From the NCBI GenBank assembly GCA_013239625.1, contig MU053557.1, positions 4,556,123 through 4,620,122 on the forward strand: DNA of 64,000 nt, read 5' to 3'. Shown piece after piece: positions 1 through 11,769 of this stretch. Position numbers and translations under genes: made by a program. The DNA comes from Lama guanicoe (lineage: Eukaryota). The notes under the pieces are model-generated. The model saw only the letters and a program-made list of their open reading frames with translations. It was not told the origin of the DNA and made no database searches. The number at the start of each line of letters is the position of its first letter. The first letter of the stretch is position 1.

Positions 1-207
1 GCTTAATCTTATAGGCAATGCAGAGCACTGGAAGATTTGTGAGCAAGTGAGTATCATTGACAAGGTCATGCCTACAAAGATGCATTTAATGGAAGCATCT
101 AGAAAGGATCAGAGGGAGGGAGTTTGCAGACACGACTGATAAGGGGATTACTTCAATATTCTACATGGAAAATGTTTTTAACAGTTTTTGCTCTGGCATT
201 TAGATAC

Positions 208-306
208 CTGGAGTCATGTTCTGTGGCAGGAAACATTTTTCCTTACTTTCAGATGAGGATATAAACTCACTCGATATGGTTGGATCCTTGGAAGGAGTTT
301 CTTTAC
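208..306 (-). CDS. SH3TC2: SH3TC2 coding exon 2 (99 nt, phase 1/1): (G)[32 protein letters not shown]
   Basis: Minus strand has a tcctccag acceptor at 307-308 and a CCAG|gtatct donor at 207-206. The translation matches recalled human SH3TC2 [33 protein letters not shown] and joins exon 1 in frame. Confidence 0.96.
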
Positions 307-1817
307 CTGGAGGATATCAAATGAAAGATCATTTGTGAGAGTATAAGAAAGTTATAAGCAAGGATTGCAAGTTTTTGTCAAGTCGCCATTTCTTCTCCAG
401 GGCTGGTGGCCTGGAAGAATTTTAATTGTTATCAACATTGCCTTATTATTACTTAGTACTCAGATGTTATCAAAGAACAGTGACACATGCTCTCAATCCT
501 GCAGCAGCCTGGGTGTTCCCACTTTATTTAAAAAAAAATTCCCCCCCATAGGTCAGATTGAGTCCCATGGCTTAGTATACTGAAGGTGCTTGATATATGC
601 TGAACCTACAAGGTCATTATAGATCTGGCTACAGCAAGGTGGATAACAGAAGTACTGGAGCAGAGCAAGGGGCAGTGGAATCTTTAGGGAGATGGCTGGG
701 GCATGGTTGTAATGGCCCTGAAATGTATGATTGTCCCCAGACTGCCCTTCTGTCTGCCCAGTCCTGTGTGGGACTTCTTTCCTCCCCAGCTCTCCAAAAT
801 GTTCCCGTCTTTGCAGCTGTAAAACTGGAATGAAAAGGAGAGGAAAGAAGATCATGGCACAGACTAGGCTTAGGGAGGAGGCTATTTTGATGGCACAGAG
901 GTGAAAAAAGAAGACTGAAGCCATAAAGCACAAGGAAGTAGATATAAAAGAGTACAAGGGAATCTCACAAGTTATTCGTATGGAATATGGGCCTCCTTCA
1001 TGGTATCCTCAAAATACAACAAGAGGACTCAAGTTCTTAACCCATTACTTTCGGTTACTCTGTTGTTTTGAACACGCAACTGCTCAAGCACTCTACTATG
1101 GGGTCAGAATATTATGAGCATTACCTGATACTGGAAAGAGGGGTTTGGAATCTTGGCTCAAACACTATTTGTGAGTCATTCATCTAATTCACCCAACTTC
1201 TTCAACTGTAAAATGTTGATGGGTCAAAGTCAAGCAGACCTACTAGGTTTGCATTCTGGACCTGTGCTTCTGTTGATGCAGCCCTAAAATGATAAGGGAT
1301 GAAGTAATCACACTCCATCCAGTCACTGCTGATTAAAGCTGAACTCAAATCCTCGTATTGCTGCCAGGAGTCTGCCTCCTTCTGTCCCTATATACTGGGA
1401 TTTTGAGACCCAAGCTGTGGATCTTCCATTTCTTCATAGTGGAAACAGTTAGTACTTTTTGGCGGGTGATGAACAGGGAGAATGAAATAGATTTTGGCTT
1501 GAACAGGCTGAAGGAGAGGACCATCAGTTCACAGCTCTTCATCTAGTAAATCTTGTTAGGGGTCAGTGCTGAAAGCTAGCAGCTTAGCTGGAAAGCTGGC
1601 AGTAATGAGCTGTAGTCGACCAGGATCATTTTGTAGTTCTGCCCCCAGGAACCAAAGGTAACTGCAGCAGAAAGGCTCTGGCTTGGGAATCATGAGATAG
1701 GAGTCTAAGCACAAATCAGAGTCTCCCATACATTAGTTAAGTCACGTTCATCAAGATATTTCATCTATTTTTTGAGATTTCGCTGTTCCCAGTGATAAAT
1801 GAGGGCTTAATCTAAAT

Positions 1818-3013
1818 TAGTGCTTCTCAACCATGGCTGCCTATTCAAATCACCCAGATTGCTTTTTGAAAATATCAGTGCTTGGGCCTCATCTCCAGAA
1901 ATGCTGGTTTAAGTCGTTCGTACTGCACAGCCCAGTCACAGGCATTTTTTTTTCCCTTTATTTTAAGAGAGGTTTTGGGCCCCACCGCGGGGCGCGCGCA
2001 CCCCTCAGGCGAAGGTGAGGGGTTCTGCCTACATGGCAGGGGTGGTTACTGCACGCTTTGGAGGAGTGGAAGCTGGGGGAGTCCGGTACTTCAAAGCTCC
2101 CTCTCGGATGGCTAAAGAAGGAAGGCTTTCTCATCGAGGGCGAGTCGTCCCCCACCCCACCCTTCGGGCCCACGGAGGCATGTGAAGAGGTGCCACCTCC
2201 CGGCTGGGCGGGGTGGGGGCTGCGGCCTGGATAAGAGTGGCGCCAACGTGAGCGTTCGCGGTCAGCGCCGGGAAAAGCCTCCGCTCACTCAGGCTCGTCC
2301 GTTTGCCTCACGAGGGAGCTCGTCTGAAAAGTCTGACAGAGCCCCCGCTTCTCTTCGCCCAGCCCGCCACAGTCTCTCACACGCCCGCGTGCAAGCCCGG
2401 CGAAGGGGAGGGGGGCCAAGGCCGTCCCGCCCGGCGAGCCGTGACGGCGACCACGACGAGGCACCTGCCCCCCACCAGGCGGACAGGCGTGCCTCCCTTA
2501 CCGTCTCACCCCACTTCCCCCCCACCGAAGAGAGCTGCTCACGGGACGCACCACCGCAGTGGGGACGCGAGGGGCTCGCCAGGAACAGGAAAACGTCGCC
2601 ACCGCTCGGCCTCGGCACCGGGGGGACGACCTGGAGCGCTGCGGGCGCACCGCGGAGCGCCGAGCGAGACGCGCGCACGCACGACGGGGGGCACGCAGCG
2701 CCCGTGAGACGCGCCGAGACGCCCAGGCCAGAGTGCCCGCTGCGGCAGGCGACCCCCGCCCGGCCGGCACCTTGAGGCATGGGCGGGAGACCGAGGTCGG
2801 CTGGACTCCGCACCGCGGCCTCCCACACGCCACCAACGGGCGGGGAGGAGAGGCCAGGGGCCCGCAGACAGGAAGAGCGGCCCCTTTCGCCATGAACGTC
2901 TATCCCTCGTCCGACCCTGCGTAGGCCCCGCCCAGGAGAGCGCCTCGCCACATCTATACAGGTATTTTTCTCCAGTTCCCCAAATGATTCTTTGAGCCAG
3001 TTATTAAGAACCA
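1818..3013. mobile_element. MER5-like hAT-Charlie MITE split in two (1818-1949 and 2958-3013) by the ETS retrocopy
   Basis: tagtgcttctcaacc..aatcacccag..gggcctcatctccaga on the left continues as atttttctccagttccccaaatgattct..ttaagaacca on the right. Confidence 0.7.
1950..2957 (-). pseudogene. Retroposed pre-rRNA 5' ETS fragment (A'/01 motif to just past A0) with poly(A) remnant; forms an intronic CpG island
   Basis: Minus strand begins ATAGATGTGGCGAGGCGCTCTCCTGGGC...GACGTTCATGGCGAA...CCCCGCCCG..GGCGTGTGGGAGG..GGTGCGG..CCGACCTCG, collinear with recalled human 5'ETS from GATCGATGTGG. Near 2140-2075 it reads CCCTCGATGAGAAAGCCTTC..TAGCCATCCGAGAGG..GTACCGGA, like the A0 region. T-rich tail at 1950-1964 on plus. 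TSD ACAGG(C/T)ATTTTT at 1938-1949 and 2958-2969. Confidence 0.88.
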
Positions 3014-3739
3014 TACGTCTACATAAAGTTTTCAGACTTTAATGAGTGTATGAATCACCTGGGATTATTGATAAAATGCAGATTGTGCCTCAGCAGTTAA
3101 AAGCCTGAGTTTCTGGATTTCAGATGTGCTCCCAGGAGATGCTCTGGACCCAGGGTCACACTTGGAGTGGCAGCCTGATTCCCTCCTCTAGGACAAAGTT
3201 TGAAAACTGGTATACCAGAGGCCAGAGGCCACAGAAAACCCACGAACATTTTTTTTCTTTTTTTCCCCACAGAGTTAATTTTTAAAGTTTGAATTGCTCT
3301 ACATCATTTAGAAATCAGGGTGTTTTACATAACCCAGATGCTTGCCTTGGCTTTGAAAACTGGAAAAACTATTGCCTGGGGCCTTCATGCTCATCTGGCA
3401 ACAGTTATCTGGGACTGGGTGGTTGCTGCCATCTCTGTGGGGCATTTGTTCTCTGGTCATCACAGTCCCCAAACCGCCAGCTCACTCATTTACACCCAGC
3501 CCTGGCAAGCTTTGTGAGTTTATCCCTGTTGTAAGGATACATGAAAAGAGACAATGGCCTGAGGACCATGAGGGCCTCTGGCATTAGCCCACCTTGAAGA
3601 AGGAAGTCCAAGATGGTGACCTTGGTTTGGAGGAGAGGGCGGGATGCACAGCTCTTAAAGGGCATGTGAGGTTTAGAGCGGAAAATTGCAGAGTTTTTCA
3701 GAGTGTGATTTGTGGATAGTCTGCATTAGAATTATTTAG

Positions 3740-4550
3740 GTGCTTTTTAAAAAAAAAGATACCGATAAAGAAAACAAACAAATAAACTTGGAGCAAAACA
3801 GAGAAGAGTATCTGCATAACTTGGGGTAGCCAGTGATTTCTTAAACAAGATGGAAAAATACTACCCACCAAAAAAAGTAATGTGTATATTGGCATAGAAG
3901 GAGCTGTAGACAATATGTATGTTCATCAAAGAATTCAAATCCTGAATATATAAAGAATGCTAAAAATATTTAGGAAATAGGTAGGTAACCCACTAGAAAA
4001 ATGGGCAAAGGCCTTGAATAGGCATTTCACCAAAGATAATATCCAAACAGCCAATAAATTTATGAAAATTTTCTCAAGCTCATCAGGAAAATGAAAATAA
4101 AAACTACAATGGAACATCACTACACAGATTGGCAAAAATGAAACAAACAAACAGGTAAAGCCAAGTGTTTATAAGGATACACAGCAACTAGAACTCCTGA
4201 ATACTGCAAGTGTGAGAATAAATTTTGATAATTTTCACTTTGGAAAACTGTTTGACAGTATCAACTCAAGCTAAACATATGCACAGATACACATGTATAA
4301 GATTCAGCAGTTCCACCCACTATTATCCCAAGTAATACATACATATGTTCACCAGAACATATCTACTAAAATACTCAGAGCAGTAGCAATTCATAACAGC
4401 CCAAACCTGGCAACAACTCAAATGTTCGTCAACACTAGAATAGGTAAGTAAATGATGATATGTATGATTAAATACAGTATACCAATGAGAAAAAATGAAT
4501 TAACAGCTATAGGAACCTTGTGAAAATTTACCAGGCTATATACATATAAT
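3740..4550 (+). mobile_element. Old L1 3' fragment
   Basis: Degenerate ORF2 C-terminal and 3' motifs (aaaatgggcaaagg..aataggcatttcacc, cactttggaaaactgtttgacag, acagcccaaacctgg). Confidence 0.8.
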
Positions 4551-4962
4551 TTCATACACAATTCTGTAGGAATGATAGGTTCCCCTCCCAAAAAAAGATG
4601 AATTTTAAAATATTTCTGAAACCCTCCTCACTTAACTCTACCTGAGAATATCTAGGGGCAGAGTCAGGAGACATGCGTTCTTAACTAGCACCTTAGGGGT
4701 TTCTTATGTTCTCTACAGTATGAATCTCTGGAGTAGAACGAGCCAATGCACCAAATGCTTTGGGACCTATGAACCAGAAGACAGCTCCTTGGGAAACAAT
4801 AAGGAAATCTGGAAAAGCAGTGAGCTCTTAATAGTTGTGCAGGGATTTATAGTTTACAGAGCTCTTTTACACATGGAATTATATTTCAGCATGAAAGAAT
4901 TTGAAGACTTGAGCTGGGCTTTGAAAAAGAACCAGAGATCCCAACAAGAAACTATCACACAG

Positions 4963-6228
4963 GGGAGTGGCCAAGATGGTAGAGGAGGAAGACCCTAAGC
5001 GCACCTCCTCCCACAGGCACACTGAAATTACAGCTATTTACAGAGCAACTATTGATGAGGAAGGCCAGAAGACTAGCAGAAAAATCTTCCATAACTACAG
5101 ATATAAAGAAGCAGCAACAAAACGGGTGGACAAGTAGAAGAAGCAGAGACATAATATAGTCAAGTCCCACACTCCAAGGTGGACAACCCGCAGATGGGAG
5201 GATAATTACAATGGTGGAGGTTGTCCCCCAGGAGTGAGGGGTCCAGGCCCCACCTTTGTCTCCCCAGCCCAAGGGTCCTGGATCAGAAAGGCAAACCTCC
5301 AGAATATTTGGCCAGAAAATATAGCTCTGGTGACCAGAGGGGAGTGCACTGCTGGGATGCATAAAACATCTCCTGCAAAAGACCACTACTCCAAGGTCAG
5401 GAAACATAATGAACCTACCAAATATATCAATGGACAGATCATCTAGACAGAAAATCAATAAGGAAACACTAGCCTTAAGTGACACATTAGACAAGATGAA
5501 CATAATATATATAGAACATTCCATCTATTCCATACATATCCTTTTCAAGTGCACATGGAACATTCTCTAGGGTAAATCACATGCTGGGTCACAAAACAAG
5601 TCTCAGGAAATTTAATAAAATTGAAATCATATCAAGCATCTTTTCTGAACACCAAACTGTAAGATTAGAAATTAACTACAAGGGAAAAAACTACAAAGAG
5701 GACAAACATGTGGAGGCTAAATAATATGCTGCTAAACAACCAGTGGATCACTGAAAAAAATCAAAGAAGAAACTTAAAAAAAAAACAAACCTGGAGACAA
5801 ATGAAAACTAAAACACAATGATCCAAAATCTACTGGATACAGCAAAAGTAGTTCTAAGAGGCAGATTTATGATGGTACAAGCCTAACCTGAAAAACAGGA
5901 AAAATCACAAATAAACAACTAAACTTACAGCTAAAGGAACTAGAAAAAGAGGAACAAACAATAGAAACTAAGAGCTTGTTCTTTGGAAAAATAAATACAA
6001 ATGATTAACCTTTAGCCAGACTCATCAAGAAAAAAAGAGAGAGGACCCAAATCACAAGGGAAAAAAATTTTTTCCTTTTCTTTAACTTTGTGTCTGTAGA
6101 AAATGATGGATGTTCACTAAACCTATTGTGATAATCACTTCATGATGTATGGAAGTCAAGCCTTTATGCTATACACCTTAAAATTTTACAGTGCTAAATA
6201 TCAGTTATATCTCAATAAAACTGGAGGG
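4963..6228 (+). mobile_element. Internally deleted L1 (5'UTR + ORF2 endonuclease-region piece + 3' terminus) with degenerate 17-bp TSD
   Basis: Starts ggggagtggccaagatgg. ORF2-like tcaatggacagatcatctagacagaaaatc from ~5427. Ends ..ctcaataaaactgg. Flanks are aagaaactatcacacag (4946-4962) and aaaaagctatcatatag (6229-6245). Confidence 0.75.
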
Positions 6229-6317
6229 AAAAAGCTATCATATAGAATAAAAATAAATTACCTTCTGGAAGCTAGTTTCAGTTTTATTGTTATTATTGAT
6301 CAGAGAAAGTTACTACA

Positions 6318-6722
6318 TTCAATTAGAATGTTTTTTAATTTATTTAAAAACTGCCAAACTGCTTTCCAAAGTGACTGTACCATTTTGCATTCCTATCAGT
6401 AGTGTGTGGAAGTTCTACTTGTTTCACATCCTCATCAACACTTGATAGTATCATTCTTTTTCATTGTAGCCATTCTAGTAGGCACACAGTTTTAGCTCAT
6501 TGTTTCAATTTACATTTCCCTGGTAACTAGTGGTGTTGAGACTTCCTTCATTTGCTTATTTTCCATCCCTATATTTTCTGACTGAAAGTGTCTGTATTTT
6601 TTAATTGGGTTGTTTACCTTCTCATTACTGAGTTATAAGATTTTTTGTGTGTTCTTGATACAAGTATCAGATATATGGTTTACAGATATTACCCCCCATC
6701 TGTGGCTTCCTTTTTATTTTGT
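6318..6722 (-). mobile_element. Old L1 fragment, antisense
   Basis: aactgccaaactgctttccaaagtgactgtaccattttgcattcc.. is typical antisense L1 ORF2 3' sequence. Confidence 0.8.
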
Positions 6723-9286
6723 TGGTAGATTTATATGGGTGGTGGAAAAGCAGGATTACTGATAAAGAGATCAGCAGGATAGTGGTGAGTGAATTCTGCG
6801 TGCACATGAGCTGGCAGAGGACACACCGGAGAGGTGGGTGATCATGGAGCTAAAATTGTTAAATGTAGTAGAATCAGGATAGGGAGAGCATTTTAAGGAA
6901 GGTGGAGGAATTTAGAATGGATATAGCAAGGAATAGGGAGCCATGAAACACTCCTGAGCATGAGAGTGGCAAAACAAAAGTGGAAATTCTACCTCAGGTA
7001 GCACAGGAAGCACAGGGAGAGGCAAGGAGGAGAGGCAAGGAGGCCAGGTGGAAAACTAAATGGCAGTCAAGGGGTATGAGTGTGAGAATGTGGACTGTGA
7101 TCTTGACAAATGTGAAGTCAGGGAATAAAGTGAATGACACTGTATTTTAACGTAAGAAAAGGGAAGATCTTTTGGCATATTGAATATGAGAGTTAAAAAT
7201 GAGGAGAGCAAATCATTATAGAAAATGAATATTAGAAGGGAATAAGAAGGTCATTGAGTTCCACTCTTAATTTTACTGTTGAGAAACTAAGGCCCAGAGA
7301 GGAGTGGTGATTTTACCAGGGTCAAACAGCAATTTAGCAACAGAGTCAGAGGCCATCCAAATCACTGGATGCAGACCTTGTTGTTTCCACTTCAGAAACC
7401 TAACCTCAGAACTCTGAGGTCTAGGTCTCCAACTGGGAAATATTTCACTCACAGAAACTTGCTGGAAATGAGGATTCACCCCCATTTCTCCTCTCTCAGT
7501 CTCTCTTTGATCCTTCCCATCCACCACCACTCCCATCTTTAAGAAGAAAACTAACCAATAAACATTTCCCTGCATGTTTTTTTTTCCTCCACCCGCAGTT
7601 TTCTTCTTTGACCAGACAAGTATACCACCGGCAGTTTTTATATTGTAAACCCATATTGTCTTTGTTGAGACAGATGCCAAATTAGAACTACAGCTATAGC
7701 TACGTGAATATATCTTAGACCATAATGATGAACCAAAGAAAAAACAACTTGCATAATGACATCATTTTAAATTTAAAAATCATCAAAATAAATTCTTTGC
7801 AATGATTATAAGCACACAGACATATAATCAAAGCACAAAACCACCATGAATGTGATTAATTTGGAAGAGGGAGAGAATGGAATGAGACTGGGAAAAATTA
7901 CCAGGGGACCCTAAATGTATCTGTAATGTTTTATTTTTCCAAAAAGTAAAAGAAAGGAATAAAGAAATTCTGAAGATAATATGACATAAAGTAGAATTTT
8001 GCATATTCTAATATTCTCTATTATCAGTATGTTCAAAATGCCTCACATGTTTTTAAAAGTTCAAATGTGAAGCATTGTTTACTTGTGTCAGCATTCATTA
8101 CCCACCCCCATCTCCTATAATTATGCTGATGGTTCATATTTACCAAAAATGTTGAAAGTTACAAACACCAGGGATCAATGTAGCTAAGTGTATCGCTCCT
8201 ACATCCTCTGTTTAAGGATGTAGGTCTGCCAGGTTTCTTCAAGATAGTTTTAAAAGATAAGGGGGCAATGCTAGAAGCTTCTAGACCAACAAATCTTGGC
8301 ATGACTTGCTCTATGATCCTAAATGAACATCTGTAGTTTAACAGTGGCAAGAATCTCCAGGCGCCCAGAAGTCAGAGATGAGGGCAGTTACCTGAAACCC
8401 ACCCCTACCCACGGGCAATAGGAAGGTTTATGTGAGCAAGTGAGAAACGTCACGGAAACAGATGCTGCAGGCAGAGTCTATGTATGCAAACGCAGCACAC
8501 CAAGAGGGCATCAGGGACAACGTTTGTCGTTGTGACACAGTATGGTCAACCAGCTGGGCAGCGGTCCAGGGCTCAGTGTGGTCAAGAGCCTTCTCCTTCC
8601 CTGCCTCCCTAACCCCTGAGGACTGTTGGTCCTCACTGTTGACTCCTACTGAAACAGACACAATGGCAGAAGCAGCCTAAGAAATGGGTACAGACTCCTA
8701 CTCTGGTGGAGTCGGGATTTAGAAAGAAGGGATGTGGGGTGGTCCCTATTAGCTAACAATAAAACAGCCCACAATTACTGAGGGACTGTCCAAAGCTAGA
8801 GGCACTGCTAAATCCAAGAGATGAATGATCTGATTTCGTCTTCACAAAAGGTCCATGTGATAGATACTGGCTCACATGGATCACCATTAGGTCCAGTTTC
8901 CAGACTGGAAAACTGAGGTTCGAAGAATAAAAGAGACTTGCCTAAAGTCACGCAATCATTAGGTGACTCCAGGATGTGTCTTATACTTTGTTCCATTTCT
9001 CTAGGATACATAGGAGAACCTAGAAGGGGATGTTTATAACAACTGGCCTCAGACCTACAATACCCATATCACCCTTCCTAGGGAAACGCCCTGACAAGTA
9101 GGGAAAACAGTTGGGAGACAGCATGAAAAACCTCAACAGAAATGAGTATCAGGCTGACTCTTGGTGAAAAAAATGAATACAGGATGCCAAACAATTCAAT
9201 GGCAGGAGTCTAGTGAAACAACAAAATAATTGGCAGATAGTGTCATAAGGACTTTGAGAATGCTTTCTTCAGAGTTGGTTAGCCGT

Positions 9287-9316
9287 TTGGTTGGTTGGTT
9301 GGTTGGTTGGTTGGTT
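9287..9316. repeat. (TTGG)n microsatellite
   Basis: Read directly. Confidence 0.95.
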
Positions 9317-10406
9317 ATGAACTACAGAATTCTTTTAGATGAAATCTTGGGCTGAAAACAGGATGTCAAACAGAAGCACAGCTGTTCTGGCTGAAGGTAG
9401 GGGTCAGGGAGCAGAGGCAGTTCTCCCCAAGACACTGGCCAAGTTTAGAAACCCCTCATTTTATAGGTGAGCAGAGGGAGGCCCAGAGGGAGTAAGATAT
9501 GCTAGGGTCATAAAGATGTGATTAATATGGCTTGTTTTATTCATTGTGCTTAATTAATTACTTGCCAGGTTGTTTTAAGTATTTCACATGTAGGCTTAAT
9601 CCCCACAGCCCTATGAGGAAGGTATAATTATATCATAAAATCTACAGATGAGGAAGCTGAAACACAGAGAGGTTAAATAAAATTGCTCAAGGCAAGTCAA
9701 AAGAACCAAGATCAATCAAGTCCAGATGTTCTGGCCTCAAAGGCCAGGTGGCTAACCAAAATGATACCTGCCTAAGAGGAGGTAGACTGAGTCCGGTCTA
9801 GAACCCAGGTCCCTGACTTATAGGCAGTCATCCTTCATGTCCCCCCAGCCCCCATGCAATGTCTGCTCCCATGGGGTGCAGTGACAACAGGGTCAAGGGG
9901 GAGGGTCTGAAAAGTGTATACATCTTCAAAATCTGGAGAAACAGAATGTTTCCTAGCTGAAGGTCATCCCTTTTGTGCCAAGGACATTATTTGGGGGTTT
10001 GTTTGCTTATAGTTGTAGTCTGGGAGCCTCTCCCTGCTGGAGATGCCAAGGTGCCTAGGCTGGGACTTCAGGCAGAGGAAGCAGAACATAGCTGCTTCAG
10101 GTTCACTTCTAGAAGCTCTAGTACCTTCCACAGTGTCGAAGCCAGGTCCTAAGACTACAGGTGGGAGTAATCTATCAGACCAAAGCCTTGGCTGTGGGTT
10201 CTCCTGGGCTCCTCCACCAAGGAAACAAGGCAGGAAAACGTGGAATCCTAATAAAGGTTAGAAAGGATTTCTTGATGTAATGTTCTTCTGTCTCCCAAGC
10301 AAGTCCTCCTCCAATCCACACTTCTCTCCCAAAGCCACCACTCATCCTGATGAATGCCATACATGAGACCTTGATCCTGCTCTGGAAAGAGGCAAGGAGC
10401 TTGCAT

Positions 10407-10514
10407 TAGGGTGATCAACCTCCCCAGTTTGCCTGAGATTGTCTCGGTTTTAGCACTGACTACATCCTGGGGAAGCCCTCGGTTCCAGGCAAACTGTGAC
10501 AGTTGGTCACCTTA
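10407..10514 (-). mobile_element. MER81-like hAT-Blackjack MITE at the position orthologous to human MIR584
   Basis: TIRs tagggtgatcaac / gttggtcacctta. Minus strand TAAGGTGACCAACTGTCACAGTTTGCCTGGAACCGAGG aligns to the recalled pre-miR-584. It lies ~540 bp into SH3TC2 intron 1. Confidence 0.75.
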
Positions 10515-11052
10515 TGGCAAGTCTCAGAATGCAATTTCTTAGAGCAATACCTCTAATGGCCTCAATTTGACACACCGAAAAAAAAAATCACACTGTAAGA
10601 GGTAGGAGGCACGAGACTGCCTGTTTTTCTCCAGTAACATCAACCCTGATGAAAATAGGGTTGGATGACTGAGGCCACGTTTAAGACCACCCCTGGGTCC
10701 CAGAGGAACTCACTGCCTGAGCTTTCTTCCTGACCTAGGGAATCTTGGGAGGAAAGGAAGGAAAGGCTTTGTCATGCCCTGGGAATGTCAGCCAAGAGCA
10801 GCTCTCTGCCCTCCTTGCAGAGTGAGCTCAAAGCCTCTTTCTTCAGGAGAGGTAGATGCTCCCCAGGCCTCACTCCCTTTTCACAAGCCCCGAATGACAA
10901 ACACTAAGGGAGAGAGGGAGGAGAAGGAGCCAGAAAGCACAACCATCTCCTGCCTTTGGAAGAGCAGTTCCCCCAACCCAGCAGTTCTCTGAGCCTTCAC
11001 TGGACCCACCACCTCGGCCAAGCCACAGGCCAGAGCCCCCCAGGAAACTCAC

Positions 11053-11104
11053 CTGGGCCCCAGGACAGACTTGGCTCCCCCGAGATGCAGAAGCAGCCAC
11101 CCAT
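11053..11104 (-). CDS. SH3TC2: SH3TC2 coding exon 1 (52 nt): MGGCFCISGEPSLSWGP(G)
   Basis: ATG at 11104-11102 and CCAG|gtgagt donor. Matches recalled human MGGCFCIPRERSLTRGPG with its N-terminal Gly/Cys lipidation motif. The phase 1 end fits exon 2. Confidence 0.96.
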
Positions 11105-11769
11105 GTGTGCACCATCCTCCCTGGACCGAGGCCCCTGGGAACACCAGCCAGAGGAGCATGGGAGGGAACAGCCTCCCAGTGGTGTCCCTCCTCCCGCCTC
11201 CTCCCTGGCACACGAGGGACCAAGTCCTGCTCAGTGCACAATGCAGCCTTTGATATCCTGGCTGCAGCAGGAGGCCCAGGGAGGATGGGAGGGGCAGCCC
11301 AGCCCTCAGGACCCATAGTCCTTGCACTGTCAGGCCTCTGACTAGGGAGCAGAGCTCCTCCCTGCCTCTCTGCAGATCACTTCATGCCTATCAGGCTGTG
11401 GCACATTCCACACATTCTAGGATTGAGACACACAGTATGGTTCTTGTCGGGGTGGTCAGGGTGGGGGAGGAGGGCAGAGAGCATCCCAGGAATCAAACTG
11501 CTGTTCTTGCTCCCTCCCTGACTGGCCTGGCCCACACTGACCTGCCTGCCACTGGGAAAGGGCTCCCCACCCAGCCTCTCTCTGCAAACACCTCCCTTGG
11601 TTGTCTGGGTGAAGCTGGAGCTGTGGGCGCAGCATCTCACCTCACCCCCAGCAGCATCAGCGAGCCAATCCCCAGTCCTGGCTCCCAAAGTCTTGGTCAG
11701 AAGGAATCCCAGAAATCACCTGATGTAGCCCAGCATCTTACAGGTGAGAGGATGGGGGACCAAGTATGT
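11105..11769 (-). promoter_or_regulatory. SH3TC2: SH3TC2 5'UTR and proximal promoter, with a dimeric SOXE-type site ACAATG-n4-CTTTGA at 11238-11253
   Basis: Lies directly upstream of the ATG. Two inverted SOX half-sites with a 4-nt spacer are visible. SH3TC2 is a known SOX10-regulated Schwann-cell gene. The TSS cannot be placed exactly. Confidence 0.7.
11242..11769 (+). repeat. Near-identical tract 1, copy A (pairs with 37289-37815)
   Basis: About 6 differences in ~528 bp by eye. Confidence 0.97.

Noticed and set aside
271..306. 36-nt exon ending at a gtgagt donor at 270
   Set aside because: SH3TC2 homology continues in frame to 208, so that GTGAGT is coding sequence (at most a cryptic donor).
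1125..1130. 6-nt microexon ag|TATCAG|gtaatg on the minus strand
   Set aside because: It lies at the edge of a MIR-like fragment, and exon 1 joins exon 2 without it.
2182..3014. Long ORFs (197 aa, 241 aa) and a CpG island read as the first exon of a separate gene
   Set aside because: Stop-poor GC-rich sequence. The rRNA 5'ETS homology, tail and TSD explain it, and the real SH3TC2 exon 1 is at 11053-11104.
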